Position numbers and translations under genes: made by a program | From: Chara braunii | Lineage: Eukaryota > Plantae > Charophyceae | Reading direction: 5' to 3' | DNA length: 64,000 nt | Assembly: GCA_003427395.1 (NCBI GenBank) | Contig: BFEA01000009.1 | Span: 569,804 to 633,803, forward strand | Shown: piece by piece, positions 51,929 to 64,000 of the stretch | How positions within the stretch are numbered: position 1 is the first letter of the stretch | Layout: each line of letters starts with the position of its first letter | The notes under the pieces: generated by a model | Told to the model about the DNA's origin: nothing | Seen by the model: only the letters and a program-made list of their open reading frames with translations | Databases searched by the model: none

Positions 51929-52219
51929 GAAATCAACCAATCAATGAAATCAACCAATCAATTAAATCAATTTATGTTTTTTTCAATTCTCCCCCCCCTC
52001 CTCTCTTAAAAAAAAAAAAAAAAAAGATTGAAAAAAAAAATAGGGGGGCCCTTCGCAACCCCTCCCTACCACCCAGGGGGTCAACCTCCCCCCGACACCC
52101 CCCCACATGGCCCTGGCCAGTTCGGACAGGAACCGTTCGTACGGTTGTACAGTCGTCCATCCGTTCGTTCGGACGGGCCGTACGGCGACCTCCTGTACGA
52201 CGTACGGGGGACTACACTG
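51830..52219. mobile_element. (AATC)n tract plus hAT-like terminus (minus-strand CAGTGTAGTCCCC) with cgtac/ggacg subterminal repeats
   Basis: ggggactacactg ending at 52219; partner end and TSD not identified. Confidence 0.45.
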
Positions 52220-52289
52220 TTCAAAAGATGTATGCAATTGGCCCACAAAATTCAAAAAACGGTCCCCTTTCCTATAATTAATCAAGATC

Positions 52290-53633
52290 TGTAATTCTGG
52301 GCTTACTTCGGGTTTTAGTCTGAAGGGTACGTGAAGTCGTGGGGTACGAAGCTTATCTTATCACAACCCACCCTCGTTTAGCGGCTTTAGCTCACCTAGC
52401 CTTGATCTCCACGTATAATTTGTAACGGCGGAGCTGAGCCAAGTACAAGGCCTTGGTGGTAACTTGATGCAAGGCATGCGGGTGATCCAGGCTTGGGGGG
52501 GAGAGCTCTGAGTTCCAAGGATCCAGCTTAAGCTCCTGGGCAGGGGTGGCTATACGGTAAAGAGGACTGGTCTCTTCCTGCCCCTGTCCCTGAGCACTAG
52601 CACTAATTAGACGTATGCACGGTGCAGGTGATGTAGACCATCGGGCGAGGGTTCCAGGGGATCCCCTAGAGTTGTTAGGCCTCCTTTACATCTCCAGGCC
52701 TTCACTTCATATATATGTTGTTGATCCCCAACTTGGATCTGGTAAAGCATGATCGGCTCCTAGATGCCCTGAACCGCCACCCATTCGTCATTAACCTTAT
52801 CGTTGCAACGCAGCCATTCCACCCAGTCTCCTGGTATAGCCTCCTGTAAGGCGTGCAGTCTCTGCGACGTTGCAACTTGGTGCGACAGCTTGGCGATGAT
52901 GTGACCCTCATCCCGCCATGTCCGTCATTGCGGGTGCCATGTGTGGGCCACCCAGTACACCCCCTTGTTAAACCACTGTTTCCCAAAGGGCCAAAGGCCC
53001 CCGATATTCCTTGCCATTGTTGCCAAGGCTACGGTCGACTGTTCTCCATCAAGACAAAGGGATTGCCAAAAAGGGGCTGGGCCAAGATCTGGTCCACCGT
53101 CATAGGGCGTGTGGGACAGAGATGAAGGTTGCGCCATGCATTCAGAAAGGGGGTCATGAGCGCTCCTATCTTGAGGTTGTGAAGGATACCTTTTTCCACG
53201 AGTGCTTGGAACACCCCCTTGGGTCGAGTCAAAGTGTATCGACCAGCAACCCTCTAGCTCCCTTTCTCGTGTCAGCATTGCCATCCTCAAGTAGCAGTCA
53301 CTGGAGGGGGCGCATCTGCATGGCTTTCACCTGATAAATGGGGGCTTATAATCCCCATGCCCCTTGCCCGTTTGGGTTGTATAAGCTTGACCCGTGCCAC
53401 CCTCTTAATCGTAGTTGACGCGTCAGGCTCGCCGGACCATAAAATAGTAGCTATAAAGGCCCTCAACGCTCTGCATTGTCACCTGGTGGGCATCTACATG
53501 GCGACCACATACCACATGACATCAAGCAAGGAGTTGTTCAGTAAGATCACTCTGCCAAAGGGGCCTGAGACCACGTGGCCCAACCATCCCTTAGCACACA
53601 CCGTGACGGTGCCAATGAGGCCATCCACTTAAC
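52290..53633 (-). pseudogene. L1/Tx1-type LINE ORF2 fragment (region C-terminal to the RT core), with stops
   Basis: Minus-strand translation GRVILLNNSLLDVMWY...FIATILWSGE...RVARVKLIQPKRARGMGI matches the GRxxLINSVL...FxW...PKxxGGLGI pattern of L1-clade ORF2; left boundary approximate. Confidence 0.8.
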
Positions 53634-53634
53634 G

Positions 53635-56164
53635 TGTGATGTATCAGCTTCCGTACCCGAATGATTTTCTGAAAACCTGAGTTTTTGTTCTTGTTCCTAC
53701 TTTTCAGATATCTCTTGAGATTTTGGGGTATCCCTCTTTTCTTTTGTTATCCCCTTAGTGCACAGAATCGCAGGCCAACCAGACCCTCTCACGTCTAAGA
53801 CGATGTTTCTTTTGGATTTCTTTGCAATATCTTTCGGCAATCCATGCATCTACATAGGAATTGCAGGTGCCTTACCACGACCTTAGCGAGAGCGCTAGCA
53901 ATTTTGTTCGACGGTTGGGAACTCCGGAAATTACGAACGCTCCTCCCGCCGACGTGTCCTTTCTTGCAAGTGAATGTTCCCGCACTCACCCACGAAAGAT
54001 CTATGAATTTTCTGTAGGAAGCTAGATAGACGTAGGATTTTCGCACGCTCAATTCTGCGCGCTGATGTTGCTTTTGAATTTTTCAAGATTGAATTAGTTT
54101 TAGAAATAGGATGAAGGAAACGTAACTGTTTCGGTGCCTTTTTTATTTTCTCTAGCAGCGTCATGCATGCAAGCTTTCCCCGTTTCCCGCTACAACCCAG
54201 GCCGTCTTCACCCTTCTCCTCTTCGCGCCTTCCATCCTTCACCTGTAATTGTTTTCCGTCCCCACTCCCTTCGCGTTACTCCCCCATCCATTCCCGTTTG
54301 AATCTTGGTCTTGCTCCGTGCTACTCTTCGCGTGCTCCTCCTTCCCGCCTTCATCCCCATACAGGAACTTCCTACCGATCCCCCCCCAGAGTATTTCAGC
54401 CGACAGGCGACATCGTGTAGGGAGGACACTCCTACACACAGTGATCTGATAGGCTGCGAAGGGACTCACAGAGATCGATATGGCTTTCCCCGGTCGATTA
54501 ATCCATACTCTCTCTTCACCCCCTCCTATCTCCACCCCACTTTTCCCCATCTTCTATTCCCCTCTTTGCAACTATAAGACCCGCAAACACGTCCGAAAAT
54601 CTCTCTCCCAACGCATCTGCCATCTTCAGGGAAGTCGTGGCTAGGCGATGTGCAAGTAGTGAGTCAGAAAGTCCCGACGAGCTGACTGCAGTGTATGCAA
54701 GGCTGTGCGCCAGGTGACCACGACGAAGTGCAGGATCTGGGCAAGTTGGTGCAAAAGCTGAGTTGGTGGGGTGACGATCGCAGTGGTTTGGAGGATGGTA
54801 CGTGGCGCAGGGATCGTCAGTACATGAGTAAGAAGGGTGTGGGTGTACGAGTGGTTGCATGGCCAGAGGCCATTATCAGAGAGCAGAAGGCGGATGCGCC
54901 TTGATTTTGGATTCTTCTTCTTTTGGTTCTTGGAAGCTAAGTCCACGACGAATAGCTAGTTGCTCCCCCTCAAACTTTTCTGTATGACTAAAGTTCTCTC
55001 CTTCTCTTCTCATTCCCCTTCTTCAGTCAAGCTACACTCCGTCTCCCCCTCTATCTCGTGTTCCTTTGCTCCCGTCTACCTGATGGATACCAGAATGATC
55101 TGATGCTTCCCTGTCTCGCTCGTCCCTGTTGAATTCAATCAAATCTTGCATGAAATTTAATGAGCATCATTGAATTTAAGGGACCAGTAAACCCTTGTGA
55201 TCTTACCAATTTTTTCGTTGATGTGTCTCTTGCAACTGAGGATTCGTGTTTGTGAGATTTGTTACACATATGCATCGAATGGGCTAACTCATCTAAGATT
55301 CAACTCATATTATGTGAAAGCATGCCCTCCACTCACTCAATGAATGACGATTGTGGTCTTGATTGAATTGAACTCACATTTTTTATGGATCGGTTCGCCG
55401 GATGAATGAAAGGCAATAGAGCACGTAACATTGTGAGAGATTACTTCTCTGATTGAATAATTGGTCGAGTGAACTTATGTGATCAGTTTTGCCTATGCCA
55501 TGTGGACCGATTCTCCCAATCCGACTGGGTGCCGACTTCCCGTATCCTCATTGCAACCATTCCCGTATAAAGAGGAAAGGACACGTGTATGTGAGTGGGA
55601 CATACGGGTAGCCATCGCCAAGATCGGTCAATGCTATTATTTTCCACCCGAGACTAGGTGTTCTGGATTCGTAGGCGCAGGTTTTGTCATTATCAATACC
55701 GGACATGTAGTGAGGACGAACACAAGGGAAAAGCGCATCCACGTCGGATTCCGAACTCTACTGCGAATGGCACCGGGACTTAATTCGAAAACGAGAACCA
55801 CATGTGTATCCCCGCCTTTCCATTCAAAAACACTACGAGTAGCCGGCATTGAGATGCAAAGATATTTTTTGGATTAGGTGAACATTTGAAAGCAGTGCGC
55901 ACCATCCCTTTCCTGCCCGAGTACACCCCATCTTTTTATCTTTCAAGGCCTATTCCACACAATTTATCACTCCGACCGAAAGATAGCATAAGGTGTGAGG
56001 TTACTATCGGATTCGACACGTTCTGGTAATAGTGAGGCGAGCTGGCGGAAGAACGAGCACGCACTCGAACGAATAAAAGAAATCCTCCCGTCACCCGAAA
56101 CAGGTTGGCAGAGACAAGAAAGAAAGCAGTTATGGCTAACGCTAATGTGCTTGCCCCTCGTGTA
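53635..56164 (+). mobile_element. Probable 5' LTR/leader of the downstream Gypsy element
   Basis: Starts tgtgatg exactly where LINE homology stops; pyrimidine-rich non-coding sequence leading into gag; PBS and LTR end not identified. Confidence 0.4.
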
Positions 56165-57960
56165 ATGGTAAGCATTCCAACCACCTTTCCATTCTATACT
56201 AACCACACTCATCTCGAGGCATGGCTCGAAGCAGTGGAAGCGTAGGGCTATGAAGCGGCTGACCTACCTCGACTCATCACCTTGCCCGTAAGAAATACTG
56301 TGCACGATTGGTTTAAACGCCACCAATAGGTAGATTGGGATACATTTAAAAAAGTCTTTTTGGCAAGATTGGACGAAGTAATTGAGGACAATGCATGGTT
56401 TATACTGAAAACACACCCTCAAGAGCTTGGAGAGCTCTTGCCAAAACTTTGTGGACAAATTTCAAATAGTTTTGGATAAGTTTGGACGGGAAGAAAATGT
56501 TGTTCGAGACTGGTTCATAGATCATCTTCGCAACCCGGTTTTAAAGGCAAAACGGAATAAGAAAGTCCTTCCCAAAACGGAGATCGTAGGTCCGATCAAT
56601 TGGGCGATTTTACCAGCACCACGATCCTGAAAACCCAAGTGGACCAGCACCGAGTCATGTCTCTCATGCTCCCTCCACCGTCGTCTCTCCTCCCTCCTTT
56701 CCTCCTCCTTCCAAGATGACCCCCGTGACCATCGTATTACTGCAATCACCTGACGCCGGTATCCATCACTAATCATCATCTGACTCACATGATTCATACA
56801 GCTACCTTCTGACAAGTGGGATGGATGAACCATCTGATCTAGAGTCAGACGTCGAAATGGAATGATTGAAGCAAGTTTTGGGGGACCTAATGAGCACGCA
56901 CGCCAAAGTACCGCTCGCCACTCCATCTCCTCCTTCGTACCCTTTGCTACATGCCCCTCCTTTTCTAACATCAGTTGTTCCCTCTATAGCTCACTAGACT
57001 ATTCGGCAACAAGGAAGAGTAGAATGCTACAAATGTAAGCAACTCGAACACTTTACCCGAGACTGCCCTCTTCCCAAGAGGAATCAACCTCCTCCTGCAG
57101 CTGCGCCTGTGGCCACTAATCAGGGACAAGTAGGTGTCCTGCTCGAAGGAATAGGTGAGGCAGGGAATAGTTCCCCTTCCCCACTTCCTCCCACGCAATC
57201 GGATATGATTGCGTCGACGTATGGACCTTCATTTGAAGTTGGAGTTGTCGTCGATCCCAACGAGTACCTCTTGTTGACAGGCCTAATTGGAGTCATTCGG
57301 CCCGAAAAAGATGAACTTGAATGAGTGGAATGCGAATCGGAACCCGGTCCTCAGTTTCGGGCGGGAGAAATCGATGTCTTGCAAACACTAAAAAAATTAG
57401 ATATCCGAGTTTCTGTCCCCTTCGGCCACCTGCTAACCATATATGAGGCTGCAAATAACAAGCTCCTCCAGCAATGTTAAAAGAATCAGAAGAGATTTAC
57501 CTACCATCGTGTCCAAGAGATGTTAAAGAAGAAGAAGGAGATGGCGGAACTTGTACCTCCGCCGCCCGATCCCACAACCGTCGTCAAAAAATCAGGAGAG
57601 TCTGAGGCCACCCGAATGACGACAATCTCATACGTAGAGAAAACTCACTTTATCCGCATCTGACTAATTCTATGAAAAAACGCAGAAGGTGATTGCGAGG
57701 TATGGGGGAAGTCGCTCAATGCGTTAGTAGATACTAGGTCATCCGCCGTAGTACTTTTGGTTGACACAGTTCGAAAGGCCGGATAATTAAACTTCATTTT
57801 TCCCTTGTCGTGAAATGATAGCTATGTCTTGGCAGATGAGGAAACCATGCACAACGTCGGGATGATTAAGAATATTGCCATCAAGATTGGGTGAGTGCAC
57901 GCGTTAGTCAATGCATTAGTAATTGACGTACAATCGTGTTGGATGCTGCTGGGATTATGT
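56165..57960 (+). pseudogene. gag: Ty3/Gypsy gag-protease pseudogene
   Basis: MVSIP...LEAWLE...DWDTFKKSF capsid-like segment; CYKCKQLEHFTRDC zinc knuckle at 57025-57066; ALVDTRSS (decayed DTG) at 57721-57744; multiple stops. Confidence 0.88.
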
Positions 57961-58139
57961 GGCTATGGCAATAAACATGTTATTCGTTAACAGAGCACAT
58001 TATATTTTTAATTGGTACTCACAAGCTATTAATTTCATGTTAAAATCACCATATTTTGGACTTGAATGAAACTAAGGATACGAGCAGTGAACCCGAAGAA
58101 TGCAATTGACAGACCATAAATCGAAACTAAAGTGAAGAT

Positions 58140-59095
58140 TCAAGGCAATCACCTAATGAACATGATGGTTTGAGTATGGATTCCATTACACTTCCATAAA
58201 CGTTGCAACTTAAAGGCCATAATTGACATGAAGTTGTCAGAAATTGAAACTCAAGAGAACAGTCAAATTGAATGTAATGGGACACTAAACAACAATTATG
58301 TTGAACTCTCGATTTCATCACACCTTCAAGTTGATCAATTTTGTGTGAGCATTGAGCCAGACGTATTTTACATGACATTGTGACTTGCATAAATTGGAAC
58401 TCAATCGAATAGTCAAGGCAATCACACGGTAAACGAGATGGTTGAAGTATAGATTCCATCGCACTTCGATAATTTATGTACTACTAACTTAGAAGACGTA
58501 ACTGGCATGTCATTGTCATACATTGAAATTCAAGAGAACGGTGAACGCAATGAGACATTGAATGAGAAGGTTGTGAATGACCTCTGCATTTCATCACACT
58601 TCGATTAATTTTGTATATCACCGAGCGTTGAGTCGGACATATTTTACATGGCATTGTGACTGGCAGAAATTGAAAGTGAATTGAAGAGTCAATTCAATCA
58701 CATGGTAAACTATATGGTTTACGTATGGATTCCGTCGCACTTTGATAATTTATATAACTTAAAAGACGTAACTGACATGTTATTGTCATACATTGAAATT
58801 CAAGAGAACGATGAACGCAATAAGACACTGAACGAGAAGGTTGTGAATGACCTCTGCATTTCATCACACTTCAATTAATTTTGTATATCACTAAGCATTG
58901 AGTCAGACGTATTTTACATGACATTGTGACTGACAGAAATTGGAAGTCAATCGAGATCACACGGTACATGAGATGATTTAAGTATGGATTCCGTCACACT
59001 TCGACAAATTATGTACCTTACAAGACGTAACTGACATGCCATTATCATAAATTGAAAGTCAAGTAAGTACTATGGATTATGTTGCACTTCGAGAA
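58140..59095. repeat. Tandem array of ~3.5 units of ~270 bp
   Basis: gtatggattcc.tc.cactt.ga...gacgtaactg.catg...attgaaattcaagagaac...atttcatcacacttc...attttacatgacattgtgact repeated. Confidence 0.9.
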
Positions 59096-59403
59096 ATATT
59101 GTAATCATTAAAAAAAAAAAAAATTAACAAATTGAGGGAATCACACAACGAGGTTCGGATTGTGAAAATAATATGAAAGTATCATATGAACTTTATTTAA
59201 AATTCGAAAATTGTATGTACACATGCGAGGAATTCTAAACGCAAAGATCGAACTACGTCTAATTTAAATGCGACGAGCCAACTCAAAATTGAACTACATT
59301 TAAATTAAATGTTGTGAGCCGCCACAATATAAACTTTCAAAAACGCTATCATTTACAAAAGCATCTACAAGCGTCCCCGTGTCCCATGAGAACCAAACCC
59401 GTA

Positions 59404-60300
59404 TCAGGCATTCATTGACGATCCGAAAGCAAGCGTTTGTGGTTGTCCCTTCGTAGCTACGTTCAAGAACACCGAAATGTATTTAATCCTTACAAACCTA
59501 CCAACACCTCCCAAGGACTTACCGATGGCGTCATGCACGCAACATGCCACTTGCTCTACCTCATGCCACTTGTCAACCAAATGAATTTGACCGACAATCT
59601 TCAAATCAGACCGTCCGTTCTCGTAGAAAAAGCGCAGATTGCTCATATTGCGACCATTGATTCTAAGCTCGTTGCAAGAAACAAGCACTACAGCGTCTAC
59701 CAAAGTTTGCTTTCGGTTCGAACATGCCACACACAACACTCTGCAGAGGTCAGAACCGGCCAAAGACAACAGTACGCAACAGTATGACACATCTTGTGAC
59801 CGTGTTCCGGCAACACGCAACAGATATACTTCCAAAAACGGATTGTAGGATGCACAGTCCAACAACTCTTGTTTCAAGTCTGCAGGCCATATGCGAGGTG
59901 ACCTCGTGACGTTCTCTAGGCGAAGGTAAAACCATTTATTCTCTTGTTGTCTGAGTGAGGCGTGCAGGGACGGAAGTTGCCTGACGCTGATGGCATAATG
60001 GGATACTTTGATTAGACTCCTGAGCCGCTTCTCCAATCCATCGCGAAACCAAACTTGTACTCCTTATGCCATGGATATTTCCTTTCCAGAATTGCTTTAT
60101 CCCATTCTGCCTCGGACCAAGTATCGAGAGCTTTGTCCAAGAAGGGGACGACACTCATCCATGGGTCGTTTTCGAACTTTGTTGTCATTGGCCCGATAGT
60201 TTCAGTATTGTCGTCCGCACCATGCAATCCGCAGGCGCAAGGGCGAATGGGATACGGATAATCATGCCAATCGGTCATTACTCTTGTCGCACTCCCTACA
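59404..60300 (-). pseudogene. Unknown ORF downstream of the transposase, split into two overlapping frames (60012-60476 and 59404-60036)
   Basis: Long, non-repetitive, protein-like reading frames overlapping near 60012-60036; no domain recognised. Confidence 0.4.
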
Positions 60301-60559
60301 TAAGACGTGACATGCAAACACAAACGAAAATTAATTGTTGAAAAAGTAGAAAAATTGCCTCCACGATTAACTTCCAAAATTGTTTCACCAACCATATTAC
60401 AAAAATCAACCCTAGACTGTGAATAAAATCTGTCACCTTGTCGTACCACAGGATCGTCGCAATTCACTAAGTTCAAAAGAATACGCTCCCTTCCAAATTC
60501 CCGTCCGAGCAGTCATTTTTAAATATCCTACTCGCTCACCTATTGGGCGGATTGACAAG

Positions 60560-62050
60560 ACCTATGACGTGCACTCGTCGCATTTGTCCCCTGCATTGAC
60601 ACTCCCTTCAGCAGATGGACTCAGATCTCGAAGTGCAACTTTAGCATTAAGTCGAACATTGGAAGGAATCACAAGTTTAGTCGTGAACGGCTTTGTATCT
60701 TTAGTCGATCTCTCCCAACCAAAAGCGATCGAGTCGGAATGCTGCCATTGTGTCTGGTCAATTATTTTTCGTTTTTCTTACCATGCGTTATCGTACAGTT
60801 CTTGGAGCGACTTTGCTCTCTCAATCAGCACCCTGTATTCCACTAGCATTATAGTTCTGCGAATATTTTTCACCAACCACCTGAGAAAGAGCTTTGCCCA
60901 CCCAGATAGGCACACCGCTGGACAGATCGTCGTCGGAGGGGTGAAGGATAAGAAAAGTACCTATGTCAATATACACGAGGGGGTCGAAACAGATCTTCGG
61001 GCGATCTTTTCTTCGTCCAACAAACAGGGGTTCCCTGTCGTTGCTCAACTTTGTCCTCCTTCACGCTCTCAAATAAAACAATTCATGGAATCCGACCTAT
61101 TTTTGTAAAATATTTCTATTGTTTGGTACTGCAAGCACCATTTTGATGTGTTTCGATTATTTCAAACAAGAACAACCGTAGTCCTGACCAAAAACTTTCC
61201 AGAGGTTGTGAGGACAACCCGTTGGTGATGATGTCGTCGCCATGTTTGATAACCTCCTCCTAGTAATACAAAACTCTTTCTCTCCTACTCACCTCATGGT
61301 CGTTGTAAGTGCACCACGTTGACCGTCTGCTCTCCGGCAACTTGCAAAATCGAATAACACAATTTTTGTCATTATAATAGTCATTTCGAGGAAGGGGTTG
61401 CATAGGAGGCGGGTCAAATGACCACGAAGGACATGCGTAGCTTTCATCGGGGTTTTGATTGAACGAATAACTCAGACCTTCCTCAGACAACCTGTTATCA
61501 TCATCTAAAAACTCCTTGTACAACATGCCTGGATTATCTCTAACCATGAAAAATTTATGCAAGTGCGGTTTCAAAATATCAGTAATGTTCGACACAATGC
61601 ATAAGTCTACTATACTTATCCAATCTGCCAGTGTATCGAGAAAACTACATTTGAGAGGTTTTTTGTGGGATTGCTCTATTAGCTCGCAGAACTCGTCCAT
61701 AGTATAAGCGTCTATGTCTTTCAATTTTTTCGAGAAGACGCTGAAAGTAACATCAACGTCTGTATGGGTATGTCCCACCAGCATGAAACCTATTTCTACC
61801 TCTTGGAAACTCTGAACTTAACCAAGAATGCAACTAGCGCACCTATGTACTTGTTCTTGTTTTCCCGCCAACAATTATCTGCTTGAATGTGCAAAAACGA
61901 TGGCAGTGGCGTCCCGCTCGCTTGAATTTCGACGAGGGTTCTCATAAGATAAGTAGTGATTGTGTTCGAATCGTGTTGAAATACGAAAATCTCGTGTAGA
62001 CATAAATACAAGGGTCTCTACCGTGTGCAATGACACATGTCAGATTCGTG
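60560..62050 (-). pseudogene. DUF7869-type (Sola-like) DDE transposase pseudogene, 5'-interrupted
   Basis: CVIAHG...HDSN...LHIQADNCWRENKNKY...FMLVGHTHTDVD motifs in order, broken by frameshifts and stops. Confidence 0.8.
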
Positions 62051-62083
62051 TTCATCATCATCTCGTGCCTAAGTGCTTTCGAG

Positions 62084-62573
62084 CTATGAGAGAAGGTTAA
62101 CAACAGTCGTATTTTTCATCATCACTTCAAGACCATGAAAACCACCCTTCACCACTTCAAGATACAGCCTGCCTAAACAGGTGGTTTTCGGGGTCTTCGG
62201 AGCTTTCACCACTTCAGGACCATTCAGATCTGAAAATCCTGAATGGTCCTGAAGTGGTGAAAGCTCTGAAGACCCTGAAAACAACCTGTTTAAGCAGGTT
62301 GCATCCTCAAGTGGTGAAGGGTGGTTTTCATGGTCTTCGGACCTTTCACCACTTCAGGACCATTCAGGATTTTCAGGCTGCCCAAAACTCTTTCTTGACT
62401 ACTTCAGGACACCCTTCACCACTTCAGGATGCAGGCTGCCTAAACAGGTGGTTTTCAGGGTCTTTGGACCGTTCACCACTTCAGGACCATTCAGGATTTT
62501 CATACTGCCCAAAACTCTCACTTCAGAATTTTCGTTCCTGAATTTTCAGCTACCCAATAACCGCTTGTGCGAG
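62084..62573. mobile_element. Element end (ctatgagag) with direct and inverted ttcaccacttcagga repeats, inserted in the transposase
   Basis: About 8 accacttca motifs in both orientations; begins close to where transposase homology stops. Confidence 0.5.
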
Positions 62574-64000
62574 CTATGTATCCCCCGCGACCTCGGTCGC
62601 TACGGGCATGCTCGCGGCCCACAGCCGGGCCCGCGGTCAGGACCGTGGCGACCCCGATCGGGGAAGGGCCGCCACGGGCGAGGGAGAGGGGGTACGAAAG
62701 GTCGGGGTTGGGATTCCTAGGGCGGGACCGAGGCCCGACACCCCCCAAAAGAAAAAAATGAAAAAAAATTAAAAACGGGGGGGGGTCCAAATTGGGGTAT
62801 ATTTAGGGGGGGTTAAAAAATAAGGTACCCCCCTTTTTCATTTTCGACGGCGCAGGCTTGGCTTTTGGGGGAAATTGGGGGGTCCACTACAACGACACAA
62901 AGAATTTTTTTTTTTTTTTTTAACTGGGTTTGTTTAAGGGTTGGAGAGGGTGGGGGAGTCATTCGTTGGGAAGGTGTTGGTGGGGGTCATTCATTGGGAG
63001 GGGATTGGGGGGGAGGGGGGTTGGGGGGGCAGAGAGAGAGGGCTCATTCAACTCATTGGTTGGAAGGGGGTTGGCGGGGTCATTCATTGGGAGAGGATTG
63101 GGGTTTAAAGACACAAGGACAATAAAACAGTTAAGGAGGCTTGCCTTTTGGGGGTTCCACTAAAACAATAGACAATTAAATTTTTTGTTTTTTTAATGCG
63201 TTGGTTTGGGGGTTTGAGAGGGTGGGGGAGTCATTCATTGGCAGGGTGTTGGTGGGGGTCATTCATTGGGAGGTGATTGAGGGTGGGGGGGGGGAGCGGT
63301 GTTGGGGGGTAGAGAGAGAAGGCTCATTGATTGAAAGGCGGTTGGCGAGGGTCATTCATTGGGAGGGTATTGGGGTTCGATAGACACAAGGACAATACAA
63401 CACACACAAAAACACCAACACATGATACAAAGAAAGCACTGTCAGTTGTGACGTGTGTATGACCTGGTGACAACACAGTCAATATGAAATCCTCCTACGC
63501 AATAAATCTCACCTCGCCAGACGCCCACAGTTTTCAAGAAAACCATAACTAATGACGTTGTTGAGAAAAAAAAAACTACAACCATCTACAACTGACAACG
63601 TAGGGCAAGTGTGAAACCAAATAACTAAGAACATGAAAGTAATGTACAAGTAAAATAAAGATAATATACAAAAACATGAAAGCAAAAAACTAATCTACCC
63701 TACTACACAAGTCCCTAGCTCCTGTTACCGCGCCCGGTATGAGTGTTGTGACGTGCTCCGCTCCCTCTCCCTGCCCCTGCTCCTCTCTGGCCACTCTGAC
63801 CCCTACCCTGTGGTGCTCGCTCTCTCCCTATGGGTGCAAGGTGTGGGCCTGCTGTGGCTGCTGCTCTCCAATGTCTCTCTCTGAGCGCAACTGTCTTGAT
63901 GGGCTCCGTCTCCATGTCTGCCTCCTCGGCTTGTGCCTCCGTCTCCGACCTCCTTTCACGCTCTCGAACGAGCTCCGCCAACCGCTGCTGCTCAGCTGCA
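62574..64000 (-). mobile_element. 3' end of a DNA-transposon-like element: terminus ctatgtatcccccgcgacc, tcattcattgg repeats and the C-terminus of an R/G/E-rich ORF ending at 63715
   Basis: Terminus matches 16236; ~190-bp block duplicated near 62940 and 63210; ORF 63715-63981 appears to continue past the window edge. Confidence 0.55.

Noticed and set aside
50481-52219. Single hAT element bounded by cagtgta...tacactg
   Set aside because: Only a 7-bp match, no 8-bp TSD, and the left motif overlaps the putative LTR end at 50489

Overview
Repeat-saturated, gap-containing eukaryotic nuclear DNA with no intact host gene that I can support. It is very probably from a plant-lineage genome; the LTR styles, the chromovirus chromodomain, the DUF7869-type transposase remnant and the microsatellite spectrum resemble the charophyte Chara, but this is inference. 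The window is a stack of nested, decayed mobile elements. These include a ~1.05-kb chromovirus-type Ty3/Gypsy LTR family present in 7 pieces (Met-PBS, PPT and integrase-chromodomain tail visible), other solo LTRs with target-site duplications (TSDs), a Gypsy gag-protease pseudogene, an L1-type LINE fragment and a tRNA-headed SINE with an 11-bp TSD. There is also a family of 8-bp-TSD non-autonomous DNA transposons with CTAGG/CTATG termini, and a DUF7869/Sola-like transposase pseudogene with a downstream unknown ORF. The most unusual signal is a type III hammerhead ribozyme-like fold at 39692-39748. Two degenerate homologues of it lie on the minus strand inside a ~763-bp tandem unit (24744-24783, 25507-25545). 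Each of those two sits next to a 16-bp inverted repeat with an invariant 39-nt spacer, a motif that occurs four times. Together these suggest a ribozyme-bearing (retrozyme- or Penelope-like) repeat family. Most ORFs in the supplied track are artefacts of microsatellites, N-gaps or decayed LTRs.
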